A stretch of 64,000 nucleotides of DNA. Source: a virus. Positions 1 through 9,344 of this stretch are shown here, piece after piece; the first letter of the stretch is position 1; each line of letters starts with the position of its first letter. The notes under the pieces are model-generated. The model had not been told where the DNA came from. It was given only the letters and a program-made list of their open reading frames with translations, and ran no database searches. The position numbers and the translations under genes are program-made. The stretch spans positions 17,624 through 81,623 of IMG/VR virus record IMGVR_UViG_3300032236_001478, one strand, 5' to 3'.

Positions 1-2
1 AA

Positions 3-1697
3 ACATATGACAACACACAAAAAAATTATGTTCCGTTAGTATTATTTCCTGACCAAGAAAGATTAATCTTGGATTATGAAGAATACAATGAAAACATTAC
101 AAAAAAATATAGACAAGCCGGAGTATCAACAGTTACCGCTGCTTGGGTTTCTAGAAAATTACAATTAGCTAAACCTGAAAAACCAGAAAGGGTATTGTGT
201 ATTGCAAACAAACGTGATACTGCAATTGAATTAGCAAATAAAATCAGACATTTCTTAGAGCAATGGCCTGAATGGATGAATGTTGGGTTTTCACCTGATA
301 AAAACTCAGAAAGTAGATTTAGATTAAATAATGGTTGTGAAGTAAAAGCGGTTGCAACCTCAGGTGACGCCTTGCGTGGTTATACACCTACAATATTGAT
401 ATTTGACGAGGCTGCGTATATTGAAGCTGGCGAAGACTTCTGGGCGGCTTCTATGGCCTCTCTTTCTACGGGTGGTAAGATTATATTGATTTCAACACCA
501 AATGGTTACGATCCAATTTATTATGGTGTTTATGACCAAGCGGTTCGTAAAATGAATGACTTTCATATTACAGATTTAAGATGGTTTAAAGATCCACGTT
601 ATACTAAAGATTTGAGATGGGTTAAATGTAACGACATTTGTCATTATATGTTAAACAGAGAACAATACAATGATGATGAAGTTGTTATGTATGATTTTGA
701 TATTGAAAAATACAGAGAGTACGAAGAACAGGGTTATAAACCATTTTCATCTTGGTTTGAGTCAATGTCTAAAAAATTCAAGTTTGATAGACGTAAAATT
801 GCACAGGAGTTGGAATGTGACTTTTTGGGTTCTGGTGATGGTGTTATTCCAGGGGATGTGCAACAAGATATAAGAAAAAATCAAATCAGAGAACCCAAAG
901 AAAAGTATATGCAAGGTACGATGTGGCAATGGAAAGAGCCAGTAATCGGACATCGTTATATTATGGGTGTTGACGTTAGTAGAGGTGATAGTGAAGATTT
1001 TTCATCAATAAGTGTTATTGATTTTGATGAAAGAGAACAAGTATTAGAATATATCGGTAAGATACCACCAGATGATTTAGCGGCTATAGCATATAAATGG
1101 GGTGTATTATATGATGCATTTATTGTTATAGATATAACAGGTGGTATGGGTATTGCAACATCAAGAAAGTTACAAGAAATGAATTATAAAAACTTGTATA
1201 TTGATGGTATTAATACACAGAATGTTTGGGAGTATGATAAAAAGAAATTAGAGAAAATACCAGGTATTAATTTCAACAATAAAAGAACGCAAATAATTGC
1301 TGCATTTGAGGAACAAGTTAGAAAGGGTTTCCAAATACGTTCAAGTAGACTATTAAATGAATTGAATACATTCGTTTATGTTAATGGTAGACCAGATCAC
1401 ATGAAAGGTGCGCATGACGATGCTATTATGAGTATGTCTATGGCATTGTTTGCTGGTGAAATATCATTTAGTCAGTTAACTAAGAACACAAATCAAAACA
1501 AAGCTATGATTGAGTCATGGGCTATGTCAGAAAGAACGTATGAACCTCAAAAGTCATTTTATTCTTATGGACCAGCAATGGATATGATAGGATCAATGGC
1601 TATGGATAATCAACAAATTTACCATAGAGATAATCCAATGAATATGCCACAAAACGCTTATCAAGATTATAGATGGTTATTTGGGCCTCGTAAATAG
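3..1697 (+). CDS. terL: Terminase large subunit (T4 gp17-like), 5'-truncated by window edge
   Basis: Frame is open from nt 3 (TYDNTQKNYVPLVLFPDQERLILDY...). Walker A-like KYRQAGVST, Walker B LIFDEAA, ISTPNG coupling motif, nuclease MGVDVSRG and HDDAIMS. Lies directly upstream of the portal. Confidence 0.95.
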   Translation, partial: TYDNTQKNYVPLVLFPDQERLILDYEEYNENITKKYRQAGVSTVTAAWVSRKLQLAKPEKPERVLCIANKRDTAIELANKIRHFLEQWPEWMNVGFSPDKNSESRFRLNNGCEVKAVATSGDALRGYTPTILIFDEAAYIEAGEDFWAASMASLSTGGKIILISTPNGYDPIYYGVYDQAVRKMNDFHITDLRWFKDPRYTKDLRWVKCNDICHYMLNREQYNDDEVVMYDFDIEKYREYEEQGYKPFSSWFESMSKKFKFDRRKIAQELECDFLGSGDGVIPGDVQQDIRKNQIREPKEKYMQGTMWQWKEPVIGHRYIMGVDVSRGDSEDFSSISVIDFDEREQVLEYIGKIPPDDLAAIAYKWGVLYDAFIVIDITGGMGIATSRKLQEMNYKNLYIDGINTQNVWEYDKKKLEKIPGINFNNKRTQIIAAFEEQVRKGFQIRSSRLLNELNTFVYVNGRPDHMKGAHDDAIMSMSMALFAGEISFSQLTKNTNQNKAMIESWAMSERTYEPQKSFYSYGPAMDMIGSMAMDNQQIYHRDNPMNMPQNAYQDYRWLFGPRK

Positions 1698-1739
1698 TCT
1701 TCCTTTACACGAAATATTAGTTTATATTATAAAGAAAAG

Positions 1740-1747
1740 TATTTATA
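1740..1747 (+). promoter_or_regulatory. Putative late promoter TATTTATA (portal)
   Basis: Motif recurs on the coding strand upstream of 18 genes, mostly structural. Here it is 6 nt before the ATG. Confidence 0.7.
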
Positions 1748-1753
1748 TAGAAT

Positions 1754-3601
1754 ATGGCACAAAATCCTACTGTCTTTCAGAAACTAACAAGAATGTTCGG
1801 TTTTCCGGGCCAAACCCCAAAACAGGATACACCTTCGTTTAATTTCAGTAAAGATGAAATATTAAAAACAGATAGTAGAGAAGATTATGAAAAAGCAATG
1901 TTGCAAGCTCAACAGAGTCAATACATTGCTGACAAATGGACAAAATTAGATCAATCTCTCTACAACCAATCGGTTTATTACGAACCTAATAGACTTGCAG
2001 CATACTATGACTATGAATCAATGGAATTTACTCCAGAGGTTTCAGCAGCGTTAGATATCTATGCGGAAGAATCAACAACAATGTCAGAGAAAGGTGAGAT
2101 ATTAACTATCTATTCTGATTCTGATAGAGTTAAAAGTATATTACATGATTTATTTCATACTAAAATGGATATCAATACGAACTTACAAATGTGGGCTCGT
2201 GGTATGTCAAAGTATGGCGATAACTTTGTTTATCTTAAAATAGATCCAGAAAAAGGTATTGTTGGTGTTCAACAATTACCGAATATTGAAATAGAAAGAA
2301 TTGAAGGTGCAGCATCTAAGACACCAAATCAAAAAGATATTAAAGTACCAACAAGAGAATTAAGATTCCAATGGAAGAATAAAGATTTGGAATTTCAAGC
2401 TTGGGAAGTTGCTCACTTTAGATTATTAGGTGATGATAGAAAATTACCTTATGGTACTTCAATGTTAGATAAAATTAGACGTATTTGGAAACAATTATTA
2501 TTGGCTGAAGATGCGATGTTAATTTATAGAACATCTAGAGCACCTGAAAGACGTGTATTTAAGGTTTTCGTTGGTAATATGGATGATAAAGATATTGATC
2601 CATACGTACAACGTGTTGCTAATAAATTTAAGCGTCAACCAGTTTCTGATCCTCGTAACGGCCAAGTGGATATGAGATATAACCAAATGGCAGTAGATCA
2701 GGATTTCTTTATTCCAGTTCGTGACCCAGGGCAACAATCTCCGATTGAAACATTACCTGGAGCACAGAATTTAGGTGAGATTGCCGACATTGAATATATC
2801 CAAAAGAAAATGTTAGCTGCTCTTCGTATTCCAAAAGCATTTTTAGGTTTCGAGGAAGTTGTTGGTGATGGTAAGAATTTAGCATTAATGGATATACGTT
2901 TTGCTAGAACAATTAATAAAATCCAAAAATCTTTAATACAAGAATTAAATAAAGTTGCGTTAATACATCTATTCTTATTAGGAATGGAAGATGATTACAC
3001 AAACTTCCAATTATCTTTAACAAACCCATCTGCACAATCTGATTTATTAAGAATTGAGCAATGGAAAGAAAAGGTAACGTTATATAAAGATGCAACATCA
3101 GATCAATCACAAGTTGGTATTTTACCAGTATCACATACATGGGCTAAAAAGAATATCTTAGGATTTAGTGATAGTGAAGTATTACTTGATTTACAACAAC
3201 AACGTTTAGAAAGAGCTATTGGATTTGAGTTAACAAACACACAAAATATTATTAAGCGTTCTGGTGTATTTGATGATGTTGATTCTAAATATGGTATACC
3301 TGAAGATGAAAGAGAAGCATTAGAAAAATCAGGACAATTAGGTGGAGAAGCTCCAGGTGGTGGTGAAGGCGGTGCTTTAGGCGGCGCAGAATTAGGTGGT
3401 GCTCCTGCTGGAGGCGCACCAGAAGGTGGTGGTGGCGAAGCACCATTAAGTGAAAATTTCTTCGTTAAATCAAAAAGATCTAAAATATTATCAATGTTAG
3501 ACGAAACATCTGCTGAAGATAACATATTATTCGATATGGAACGTGCACAACGTAATATTTATGAAATAGAAAATAAAATAAAAGACATATTAAACGACTA
3601 A
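1754..3601 (+). CDS. Portal protein (T4 gp20-like)
   Basis: LAEDAMLIYRTSRAPERRVFKVFVGNM, DFFIPVR, IETLPGAQNLGEIADIEY and DIRFARTI are T4-type portal motifs. Gly/Ala-rich C-terminal tail. Confidence 0.95.
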   Translation: MAQNPTVFQKLTRMFGFPGQTPKQDTPSFNFSKDEILKTDSREDYEKAMLQAQQSQYIADKWTKLDQSLYNQSVYYEPNRLAAYYDYESMEFTPEVSAALDIYAEESTTMSEKGEILTIYSDSDRVKSILHDLFHTKMDINTNLQMWARGMSKYGDNFVYLKIDPEKGIVGVQQLPNIEIERIEGAASKTPNQKDIKVPTRELRFQWKNKDLEFQAWEVAHFRLLGDDRKLPYGTSMLDKIRRIWKQLLLAEDAMLIYRTSRAPERRVFKVFVGNMDDKDIDPYVQRVANKFKRQPVSDPRNGQVDMRYNQMAVDQDFFIPVRDPGQQSPIETLPGAQNLGEIADIEYIQKKMLAALRIPKAFLGFEEVVGDGKNLALMDIRFARTINKIQKSLIQELNKVALIHLFLLGMEDDYTNFQLSLTNPSAQSDLLRIEQWKEKVTLYKDATSDQSQVGILPVSHTWAKKNILGFSDSEVLLDLQQQRLERAIGFELTNTQNIIKRSGVFDDVDSKYGIPEDEREALEKSGQLGGEAPGGGEGGALGGAELGGAPAGGAPEGGGGEAPLSENFFVKSKRSKILSMLDETSAEDNILFDMERAQRNIYEIENKIKDILND

Positions 3602-3603
3602 CA

Positions 3604-4341
3604 ATGAATAAATTTGGTGTAGTAAAATCTAAATTGTTAACCAAACTAACTGAATCTTACGCAAAACAAAACAAAGCAGAGATTAAAGATATATTAACAA
3701 CAATAAAGGAAAATAAAGATTTTAAGGAAATGTATTTGTTTTACGAAGAAATCGAAAACAAATATATTGAAGATAATGAAATTGCAAAATTATATGTTGA
3801 GGGATTAAGCACTTATTTTGGTCAATCAATTAGTAACTTAAATATGTTTTGTGAATCATTAGAAAGTAAATTAGTTGATATAGAAATTACAACTAATGAA
3901 ATATATGAATCATTAGATATATTATGTGAAAAAGATTCATTATCAAATATTGAAAAAAAGGTTATTGCAAAAAAGAAATTAATCGAGCACTTAACAACTA
4001 AAAAAGAAATTAAAGAATCAAAAGAAACTACTTTAGTACCAAATGAAACCCTCCTTAATGCGATATTGGCTAACAACTTTAATGTACTCTACAATCAAAC
4101 ATTATCTGAATCAGAAAAAGAAGAATTGAAAAATATATTATCAATTTCTCATGATGATTTAGTTACTAAAAGTAATGAATTAGCAGAATCGGTTATTAAT
4201 CAAATATCATCACTTTTAAGTGAATCAAATGATACTGATTTATCTAAGAAATTAAATGCTGTGAAAAACGAGGTTACTCAAATGAGTCCATCGCGATACA
4301 ATTATTACAGATTAACAGAATTAAAGAACGGACTTAATTAA
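3604..4341 (+). CDS. Hypothetical helical protein of the head module
   Basis: 245-aa ORF coupled to the portal gene; Glu/Lys/Leu rich with several LxE/IxE motifs. Confidence 0.75.
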   Translation: MNKFGVVKSKLLTKLTESYAKQNKAEIKDILTTIKENKDFKEMYLFYEEIENKYIEDNEIAKLYVEGLSTYFGQSISNLNMFCESLESKLVDIEITTNEIYESLDILCEKDSLSNIEKKVIAKKKLIEHLTTKKEIKESKETTLVPNETLLNAILANNFNVLYNQTLSESEKEELKNILSISHDDLVTKSNELAESVINQISSLLSESNDTDLSKKLNAVKNEVTQMSPSRYNYYRLTELKNGLN

Positions 4342-4353
4342 GTCCGTTTTTTA
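4322..4353. terminator. Palindromic terminator overlapping two convergent stop codons
   Basis: Perfect 22-nt palindrome AACGGACTTAATTAAGTCCGTT (4327-4348), extendable to 32 nt with one G-T pair. A T6 run (4347-4352) closes the right arm on +. Confidence 0.75.
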
Positions 4354-4525
4354 TTTGTTGTACGTAGATAGCTTTCAATTTTTCTGTTCTTTTTATTACA
4401 GATGGTTTTGTGAAAGTTTGTCTATCTCTCAATTTTTGGATTTGCTTTGTTTTCTGAACTTTATTTTTATAAGTTCTTAAAGCACTTTCGATTGTTTTTT
4501 CTTTTGTTACGTCGATTATAATCAT
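4334..4525 (-). CDS. rpsU: Phage-encoded 30S ribosomal protein bS21 (63 aa; start at 4525 rather than 4543)
   Basis: MIIIDVTKEKTIESALRTYKNKVQKTKQIQKLRDRQTFTKPSVIKRTEKLKAIYVQ matches the bS21 pattern (ALRxYKxK...LRxRxxFxKPSxxKR) with the Bacteroidia-type KAxY54. Confidence 0.93.
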   Translation of the reverse strand: MIIIDVTKEKTIESALRTYKNKVQKTKQIQKLRDRQTFTKPSVIKRTEKLKAIYVQQIKNGLN

Positions 4526-4542
4526 ATGAAATAAGTATATCA

Positions 4543-4550
4543 CAAATATA
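4543..4550 (-). promoter_or_regulatory. Bacteroidota -7 box (TATATTTG) upstream of bS21
   Basis: Exact TAnnTTTG on the minus strand, 17 nt before the ATG. No clear -33 TTTG. Confidence 0.5.
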
Positions 4551-4559
4551 TTAATTATT

Positions 4560-4591
4560 TTTGGAATTATAAGTTTTTTTTGTTATTTTTC
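4560..4591 (+). promoter_or_regulatory. Host-type (Bacteroidota primary sigma) promoter
   Basis: TTTG-N20-TATTTTTC upstream of the ORF at 4629. Confidence 0.45.
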
Positions 4592-4628
4592 ATTATACAC
4601 CATAAAAAATGTTAATGACAAATGAATA

Positions 4629-5054
4629 ATGAAAATTGGTAAGTATATCCCATTGGGATCGTACAACGAAGTAAAAATCGGTTATGGCACCGTAGATCAT
4701 AAGAACTTAAAGACCATTTATCTTAAATTAAATTCCTGGGTTCAACCAGATAATGAAACCGAAGATTTCGATTCTTTAATACAAAAAACAAGAAGGAAAA
4801 TTAAAGAAATGGTGTATAATCTTAATTCACCATATTTCAAGAAACAATGTATTGTTGATTTAGATATTAGAACAAAAGGCATTAAGCTTGATAAACGTTC
4901 TTTTATGAATCTAGAAATAACATTATATGTTGAGAATTTCTTTGATATTAAAACATCTGATACAAAAAAATTAGTTAAAGATATCTTATTGCAAACAATA
5001 GACACAACTTTAATTGATAAAAAGCTATTCAATTTCCACAAAAACAAGAAATAA
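4629..5054 (+). CDS. Hypothetical protein
   Basis: 141-aa ORF with normal codon usage, divergent from bS21. Confidence 0.75.
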   Translation: MKIGKYIPLGSYNEVKIGYGTVDHKNLKTIYLKLNSWVQPDNETEDFDSLIQKTRRKIKEMVYNLNSPYFKKQCIVDLDIRTKGIKLDKRSFMNLEITLYVENFFDIKTSDTKKLVKDILLQTIDTTLIDKKLFNFHKNKK

Positions 5055-5068
5055 TGCTGATATCATAG

Positions 5069-5076
5069 TATTTATA
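5069..5076 (+). promoter_or_regulatory. Putative late promoter TATTTATA (prohead protease)
   Basis: Recurrent motif, 16 nt before the ATG. Confidence 0.65.
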
Positions 5077-5092
5077 GAGATAAATTCTATAA

Positions 5093-5782
5093 ATGAAGAT
5101 ATTAGGACCAAAAGAATCCGGACACGGAATTTTGATTGAATACGACGCAGGACACGTTTCACCTGACGAAAACAAAAAAATATTACAAGAAGCTATGGAA
5201 TTAGATTTTTCTAAAGATCTAATTCTATATGCTGTTTTGCAAAAATACGACACTCCAAATAAGAACGGTAGAATCTACCCAAAACCTATTCTTTACAGAG
5301 AAAACGAAAAATATCAATCACTAATCAAAAAAGGTAGTGCATTGAATGAATTAAACCACCCATCTTCCTCACTTATCGATTTAGACAGAGTTTCACACTC
5401 AATTCTTGAAACATGGTGGGATGGTAAAATGTTAATGGGAAAAATCAAATTATTTACATCTCCAGGTTGGAAGAAAATGGGTATAGTATCCACTAAAGGG
5501 GATCAAGCAGCTATGTTATTAATGAACGGTGCAACATTAGGTATTTCATCTCGTGGTGTTGGTTCATTGAAACAAGTTAAAGGTGAGAACATAGTACAAG
5601 ATGATTATGAACTTGTATGTTTTGATTTAGTGTCATCACCATCAACTCCAGGTGCTTATGTATTTAAAGATCCATCCGAAAGAGATCAATTCCAAGAAGA
5701 GGTTGCAGAACGTCAAGCGCCTCAAGTTGATGACCGAATGAAAAAATTAATGGGTCGTCTTGATAGTTTTTTAGGTAAATAA
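5093..5782 (+). CDS. Prohead core protease (T4 gp21-like)
   Basis: NKNGRIYP, LNELNHP, RVSH, catalytic LGISSRGVGS, FDLVSSPSTPGAY. Confidence 0.95.
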   Translation: MKILGPKESGHGILIEYDAGHVSPDENKKILQEAMELDFSKDLILYAVLQKYDTPNKNGRIYPKPILYRENEKYQSLIKKGSALNELNHPSSSLIDLDRVSHSILETWWDGKMLMGKIKLFTSPGWKKMGIVSTKGDQAAMLLMNGATLGISSRGVGSLKQVKGENIVQDDYELVCFDLVSSPSTPGAYVFKDPSERDQFQEEVAERQAPQVDDRMKKLMGRLDSFLGK

Positions 5783-5835
5783 GCAATTTTATGGCGATAG
5801 CAATATAGAAAAATAGATTTTTCTTTTTTCTAGAC

Positions 5836-5843
5836 TATTTATA
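5836..5843 (+). promoter_or_regulatory. Putative late promoter TATTTATA (scaffold-MCP operon)
   Basis: Recurrent motif, 27 nt before the ATG. Confidence 0.65.
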
Positions 5844-5870
5844 AGGTAATAAACAATATTTTATTTCACA

Positions 5871-7196
5871 ATGAGCGAAAAAAACATTTTAGAACAAGCA
5901 CTTCTTCAAATTAATACATTAGAAGAAGCTGTAAAGCAAAACGCAAAAGGTATACTGGCTTCAACTATGAAGGAAGAACTTAAAGACTTGCTTAAAGAAT
6001 CATTGGAAGAAGAGGAAGAGACTCATCCTATGGATGAAGCAACTCCTGAAGAAGAGGAAGAAAAAGATATGTCAGGTGACGACGACGCATCTTCTGAAGA
6101 AGAAGATACTGAGTTAGATACTGATGATGACACAGACCTCGATAACGCAGACGAACCAACTGGTGAGTTTGGATCAGAAGAAGATGCTGATAGCGACGTT
6201 GAAGACGGCGAATATCCTGCAGATTCTGAAATGGACACAGATGCTGATACTGATTCAGATATGGGTCTTGATGCAAACGACGATGTTGATAGTGACGACG
6301 ATGTAATGGATATGACAGGTGCTTCTGACGAAGAAGTTATTAGAGTATTCAAGAAAATGAAACCAGAAGATGGTATCGTTGTTAAAAAAGACGGTAATAC
6401 AGTTGAGTTCCAAGATGGCGACAACGACTACGTTATCAAATTAGATGAAAATGAAGAATCACATGATGAGACTTTATATGAAATCGATTTAGACGAAGAG
6501 GAAGAAGAAGAAACTGAAGAAGAAGTTCATGAAGAAAAACACCCTGGTGTTAAAGGTCATGGTCCTAAAAAAGTAAGTTTCGAGCCAGCTAAGAAAGGTT
6601 TCGACGAGAAAAAATCTCACGTTAACCCTCTTAAAAACACTCACAAACCAAAGAAATTTGAGTTCTCTGAGGAAGAAGAAGGTACTGAAGAAAAAATCGA
6701 AGCAACTGAAGCTGCAAGAACAAAATCAAATCCACACGGTGATAAAAACGGTATGGATAGAGCAGGTATAAAATCTAAAAAGATGTATAAAGCCGGTTCA
6801 TCAATCAACGAAGAAGTTGAAACTTTGAAAAAACAAAATGCTGAGTATAAAAAAGCTTTAGTATTGTTTAAGGATAAGTTAAACGAAGTTGCTGTGTTCA
6901 ATGCAAACTTAGCTTACGCTACACGTCTATTTACTGAAAATTCAACAACAAAAACGGAGAAACTTAATATATTAAAGAGATTTGATACAGTTTCTTCTTT
7001 ACAAGAATCAAAAAGCTTGTTTAATACAATACAATCTGAATTAAGCACAAAAACTACAACAGTTGCTGAATCAGTTGCAGAAAAAATCTCTAGCACACCA
7101 TCAACATCATCTTCTACTGAGGTATTATCAGAAGCTAAGGCTTATGAAAATCCACAATTCAGCAGAATGAAAGATTTGATGAAAAAATTAAAATAA
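5871..7196 (+). CDS. Prohead core/scaffolding protein (gp22-like)
   Basis: Between protease and MCP; very acidic disordered centre, C-terminal coiled coil, many LxE sites. Confidence 0.8.
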   Translation: MSEKNILEQALLQINTLEEAVKQNAKGILASTMKEELKDLLKESLEEEEETHPMDEATPEEEEEKDMSGDDDASSEEEDTELDTDDDTDLDNADEPTGEFGSEEDADSDVEDGEYPADSEMDTDADTDSDMGLDANDDVDSDDDVMDMTGASDEEVIRVFKKMKPEDGIVVKKDGNTVEFQDGDNDYVIKLDENEESHDETLYEIDLDEEEEEETEEEVHEEKHPGVKGHGPKKVSFEPAKKGFDEKKSHVNPLKNTHKPKKFEFSEEEEGTEEKIEATEAARTKSNPHGDKNGMDRAGIKSKKMYKAGSSINEEVETLKKQNAEYKKALVLFKDKLNEVAVFNANLAYATRLFTENSTTKTEKLNILKRFDTVSSLQESKSLFNTIQSELSTKTTTVAESVAEKISSTPSTSSSTEVLSEAKAYENPQFSRMKDLMKKLK

Positions 7197-7223
7197 AAAT
7201 TAAAAACAAAATACAATTCAAAA

Positions 7224-8969
7224 ATGGGAGCATTATTAGAATCAGGTATGGTTGGTAACATCGGTCTTAAGCACCTTAGAGTTATCAAAGAAGATACCAT
7301 CAAAAAATGGGACGAATTAGGCTTTTTAGAAGGTTTAGACGGTCACCAAAAAGATAACATCGCGCAATTATATGAAAACCAAGCGTCTTACTTAATCAAC
7401 GAAGCAGCAGTAGCTGATGCGTCTGGTTCATTCGAGACTGTGGTATTCCCTATCATTCGTCGTGTGTTCTCTAAATTATTAGCTAACGACATCGTGTCTG
7501 TACAAGCTATGAACTTACCAATTGGTAAATTATTCTACTTCATTCCTAAGATTCAGGAAAGAAACGCTGGGGCTCACTACCATCCTTATGGTTACCCATC
7601 AAACTCTACTGATCCTAATGAAGGATACACTGGAGGTAACTTATATGACCGTTTCTATGAAACTGGTACTATGACAACTGGTGCTGATGCTGACGTAAAT
7701 TCAGGTTTATTTGACTACTCAAAAGGTCAATATTCTGCAGTTACTTTATCAGCAGTTTCAGCTGTTACTTTCTCAGCTGGTGTTGTTTCTGGTATTGCTG
7801 ATTCAGCTTTAACTGGTACATCAACTAACGCATCATTAGTTTTCAAATTTACTGGTTTCACTAAAGATGGTGAAGGTAAATTAATCGGGCCTAATGGTAA
7901 CGCAATGGATACTGAAGAATTCTTAGCTTCTGCAGTTGTAACTGTAGGTGGTACTGCTAGAAACTTCAATATCGTTACACAAAAATATGGTAAAGGTATC
8001 GTAGAATACGGTCAAAAAGTATCTACAACTAACTACCCTCAAGGTAACTACTACCAAGATACAGTTGACCAAGAAGGTTCAATGTATATCCAAGTAGATT
8101 TACAAAACTATAGTGCAACTTCAGGTTTCTCTAACATTACTTTAGCTAACAGCAATGTTGCAGGTACTGTTTCTTTAACTTACAGAGTGTATGACACTTT
8201 AGAATTTGAAGATCAAATTGGTGAGGTATCTTTTGATTTACAATCAGTAACAGTTTCTGTAACTGAAAGAAAATTAAGAGCTACATGGTCTCCAGAATTA
8301 GCTCAAGACGTTAGTGCATTCCACAACATCGATGCTGAAGCTGAATTAACAGCTTTATTATCTGAGCAAATCGCTGCAGAAGTTGACCGTGAAATTTTAC
8401 GTGACTTACGTAAAGGTGCTGCATGGACAGCTAAATGGGATTACAATGGTTGGAAGTACGGTGGTGCTAGTGGTGCAACTTTACAAGGTTACACTCAAAA
8501 AGACTGGAACCAAACTTTGGTTACTAAGATCAACCAAATCTCAGCTCAAATCCACAAAACTACGTTAAGAGGTGGTGCTAACTGGATCGTTGTTTCTTCA
8601 GAAGTTTCTGCAGTATTCGATGATTTAGAGTATTTCCACGTATCTAACGCAGAACCAGAGCAAGATCAATATAACATGGGTATTGAAAAAATAGGTTCAG
8701 TAGCTGGTCGTTACCAAGTTTACCGTGATCCTTATTTCCCAGCTAACAAAATCTTGATAGGCCACAAAGGTAAATCATTATTAGATGCTGGTTATATCTA
8801 CGCACCATATGTGCCATTACAATTAACTCCAACAATGTACAATCCATTCTCAATGACTCCAATCAAAGGTATCATGACTCGTTACGCGAAGAAAATGGTA
8901 AACAACCGTTACTTTGGTGTTATCACTGTAAGTGGTATCCAAGTGTTCGATATGAATACATTAAGATAA
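7224..8969 (+). CDS. Major capsid protein (T4 gp23-like)
   Basis: RRVFSKLLANDIVSVQAMNLPIGKLFY, RKLRATWSPELAQD, IDAEAELTALLSEQIAAEVDREI, YAPYVPL, GIMTRY. Strong codon bias. Probable maturation cut after LINE60. Confidence 0.97.
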   Translation: MGALLESGMVGNIGLKHLRVIKEDTIKKWDELGFLEGLDGHQKDNIAQLYENQASYLINEAAVADASGSFETVVFPIIRRVFSKLLANDIVSVQAMNLPIGKLFYFIPKIQERNAGAHYHPYGYPSNSTDPNEGYTGGNLYDRFYETGTMTTGADADVNSGLFDYSKGQYSAVTLSAVSAVTFSAGVVSGIADSALTGTSTNASLVFKFTGFTKDGEGKLIGPNGNAMDTEEFLASAVVTVGGTARNFNIVTQKYGKGIVEYGQKVSTTNYPQGNYYQDTVDQEGSMYIQVDLQNYSATSGFSNITLANSNVAGTVSLTYRVYDTLEFEDQIGEVSFDLQSVTVSVTERKLRATWSPELAQDVSAFHNIDAEAELTALLSEQIAAEVDREILRDLRKGAAWTAKWDYNGWKYGGASGATLQGYTQKDWNQTLVTKINQISAQIHKTTLRGGANWIVVSSEVSAVFDDLEYFHVSNAEPEQDQYNMGIEKIGSVAGRYQVYRDPYFPANKILIGHKGKSLLDAGYIYAPYVPLQLTPTMYNPFSMTPIKGIMTRYAKKMVNNRYFGVITVSGIQVFDMNTLR

Positions 8970-8985
8970 TCTTAATCGGAATCAT

Positions 8986-9016
8986 AAAAAAACCCTCGAG
9001 AAATCGGGGGTTTTTT
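8986..9016 (+). terminator. Intrinsic (probably bidirectional) terminator after MCP
   Basis: A7-CCCTCGA-GAAA-TCGGGGG-T6. Confidence 0.9.
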
Positions 9017-9047
9017 ATTGTACAATATTTTTATTATATTATAAACT

Positions 9048-9344
9048 ATGGAATACGAAAAGCTTAGATTAGACGTTTTGCAGAAGCTTATTGACGAAAG
9101 AGGTATAACTTGTAAGAACAAGAAAGAAGAGATAATTAAGTACCTTAAAATGGACGATGAGGGTAAGTATATGTATGATATTACTTACGAAAGAACTCAA
9201 GGAGGTTACTTTGTTGGTATTGACATAAAAGATCACCAACACTTAATACAAATGAGTAAATTTATTGAGAAAGGGGAGGCTAGGCGATTAAATCGTTATG
9301 AAAATAATCGTATAATGTATTTTTCTAGTGTAAAATTAATGTAA
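9048..9344 (+). CDS. Small protein with N-terminal SAP/HeH-like helix-extension-helix
   Basis: YEKLRLDVLQKLIDERGITCKNKKEEIIKYL resembles the SAP/HeH pattern (L..L...L..RG+...G.K.EL+..L). Confidence 0.55.
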   Translation: MEYEKLRLDVLQKLIDERGITCKNKKEEIIKYLKMDDEGKYMYDITYERTQGGYFVGIDIKDHQHLIQMSKFIEKGEARRLNRYENNRIMYFSSVKLM

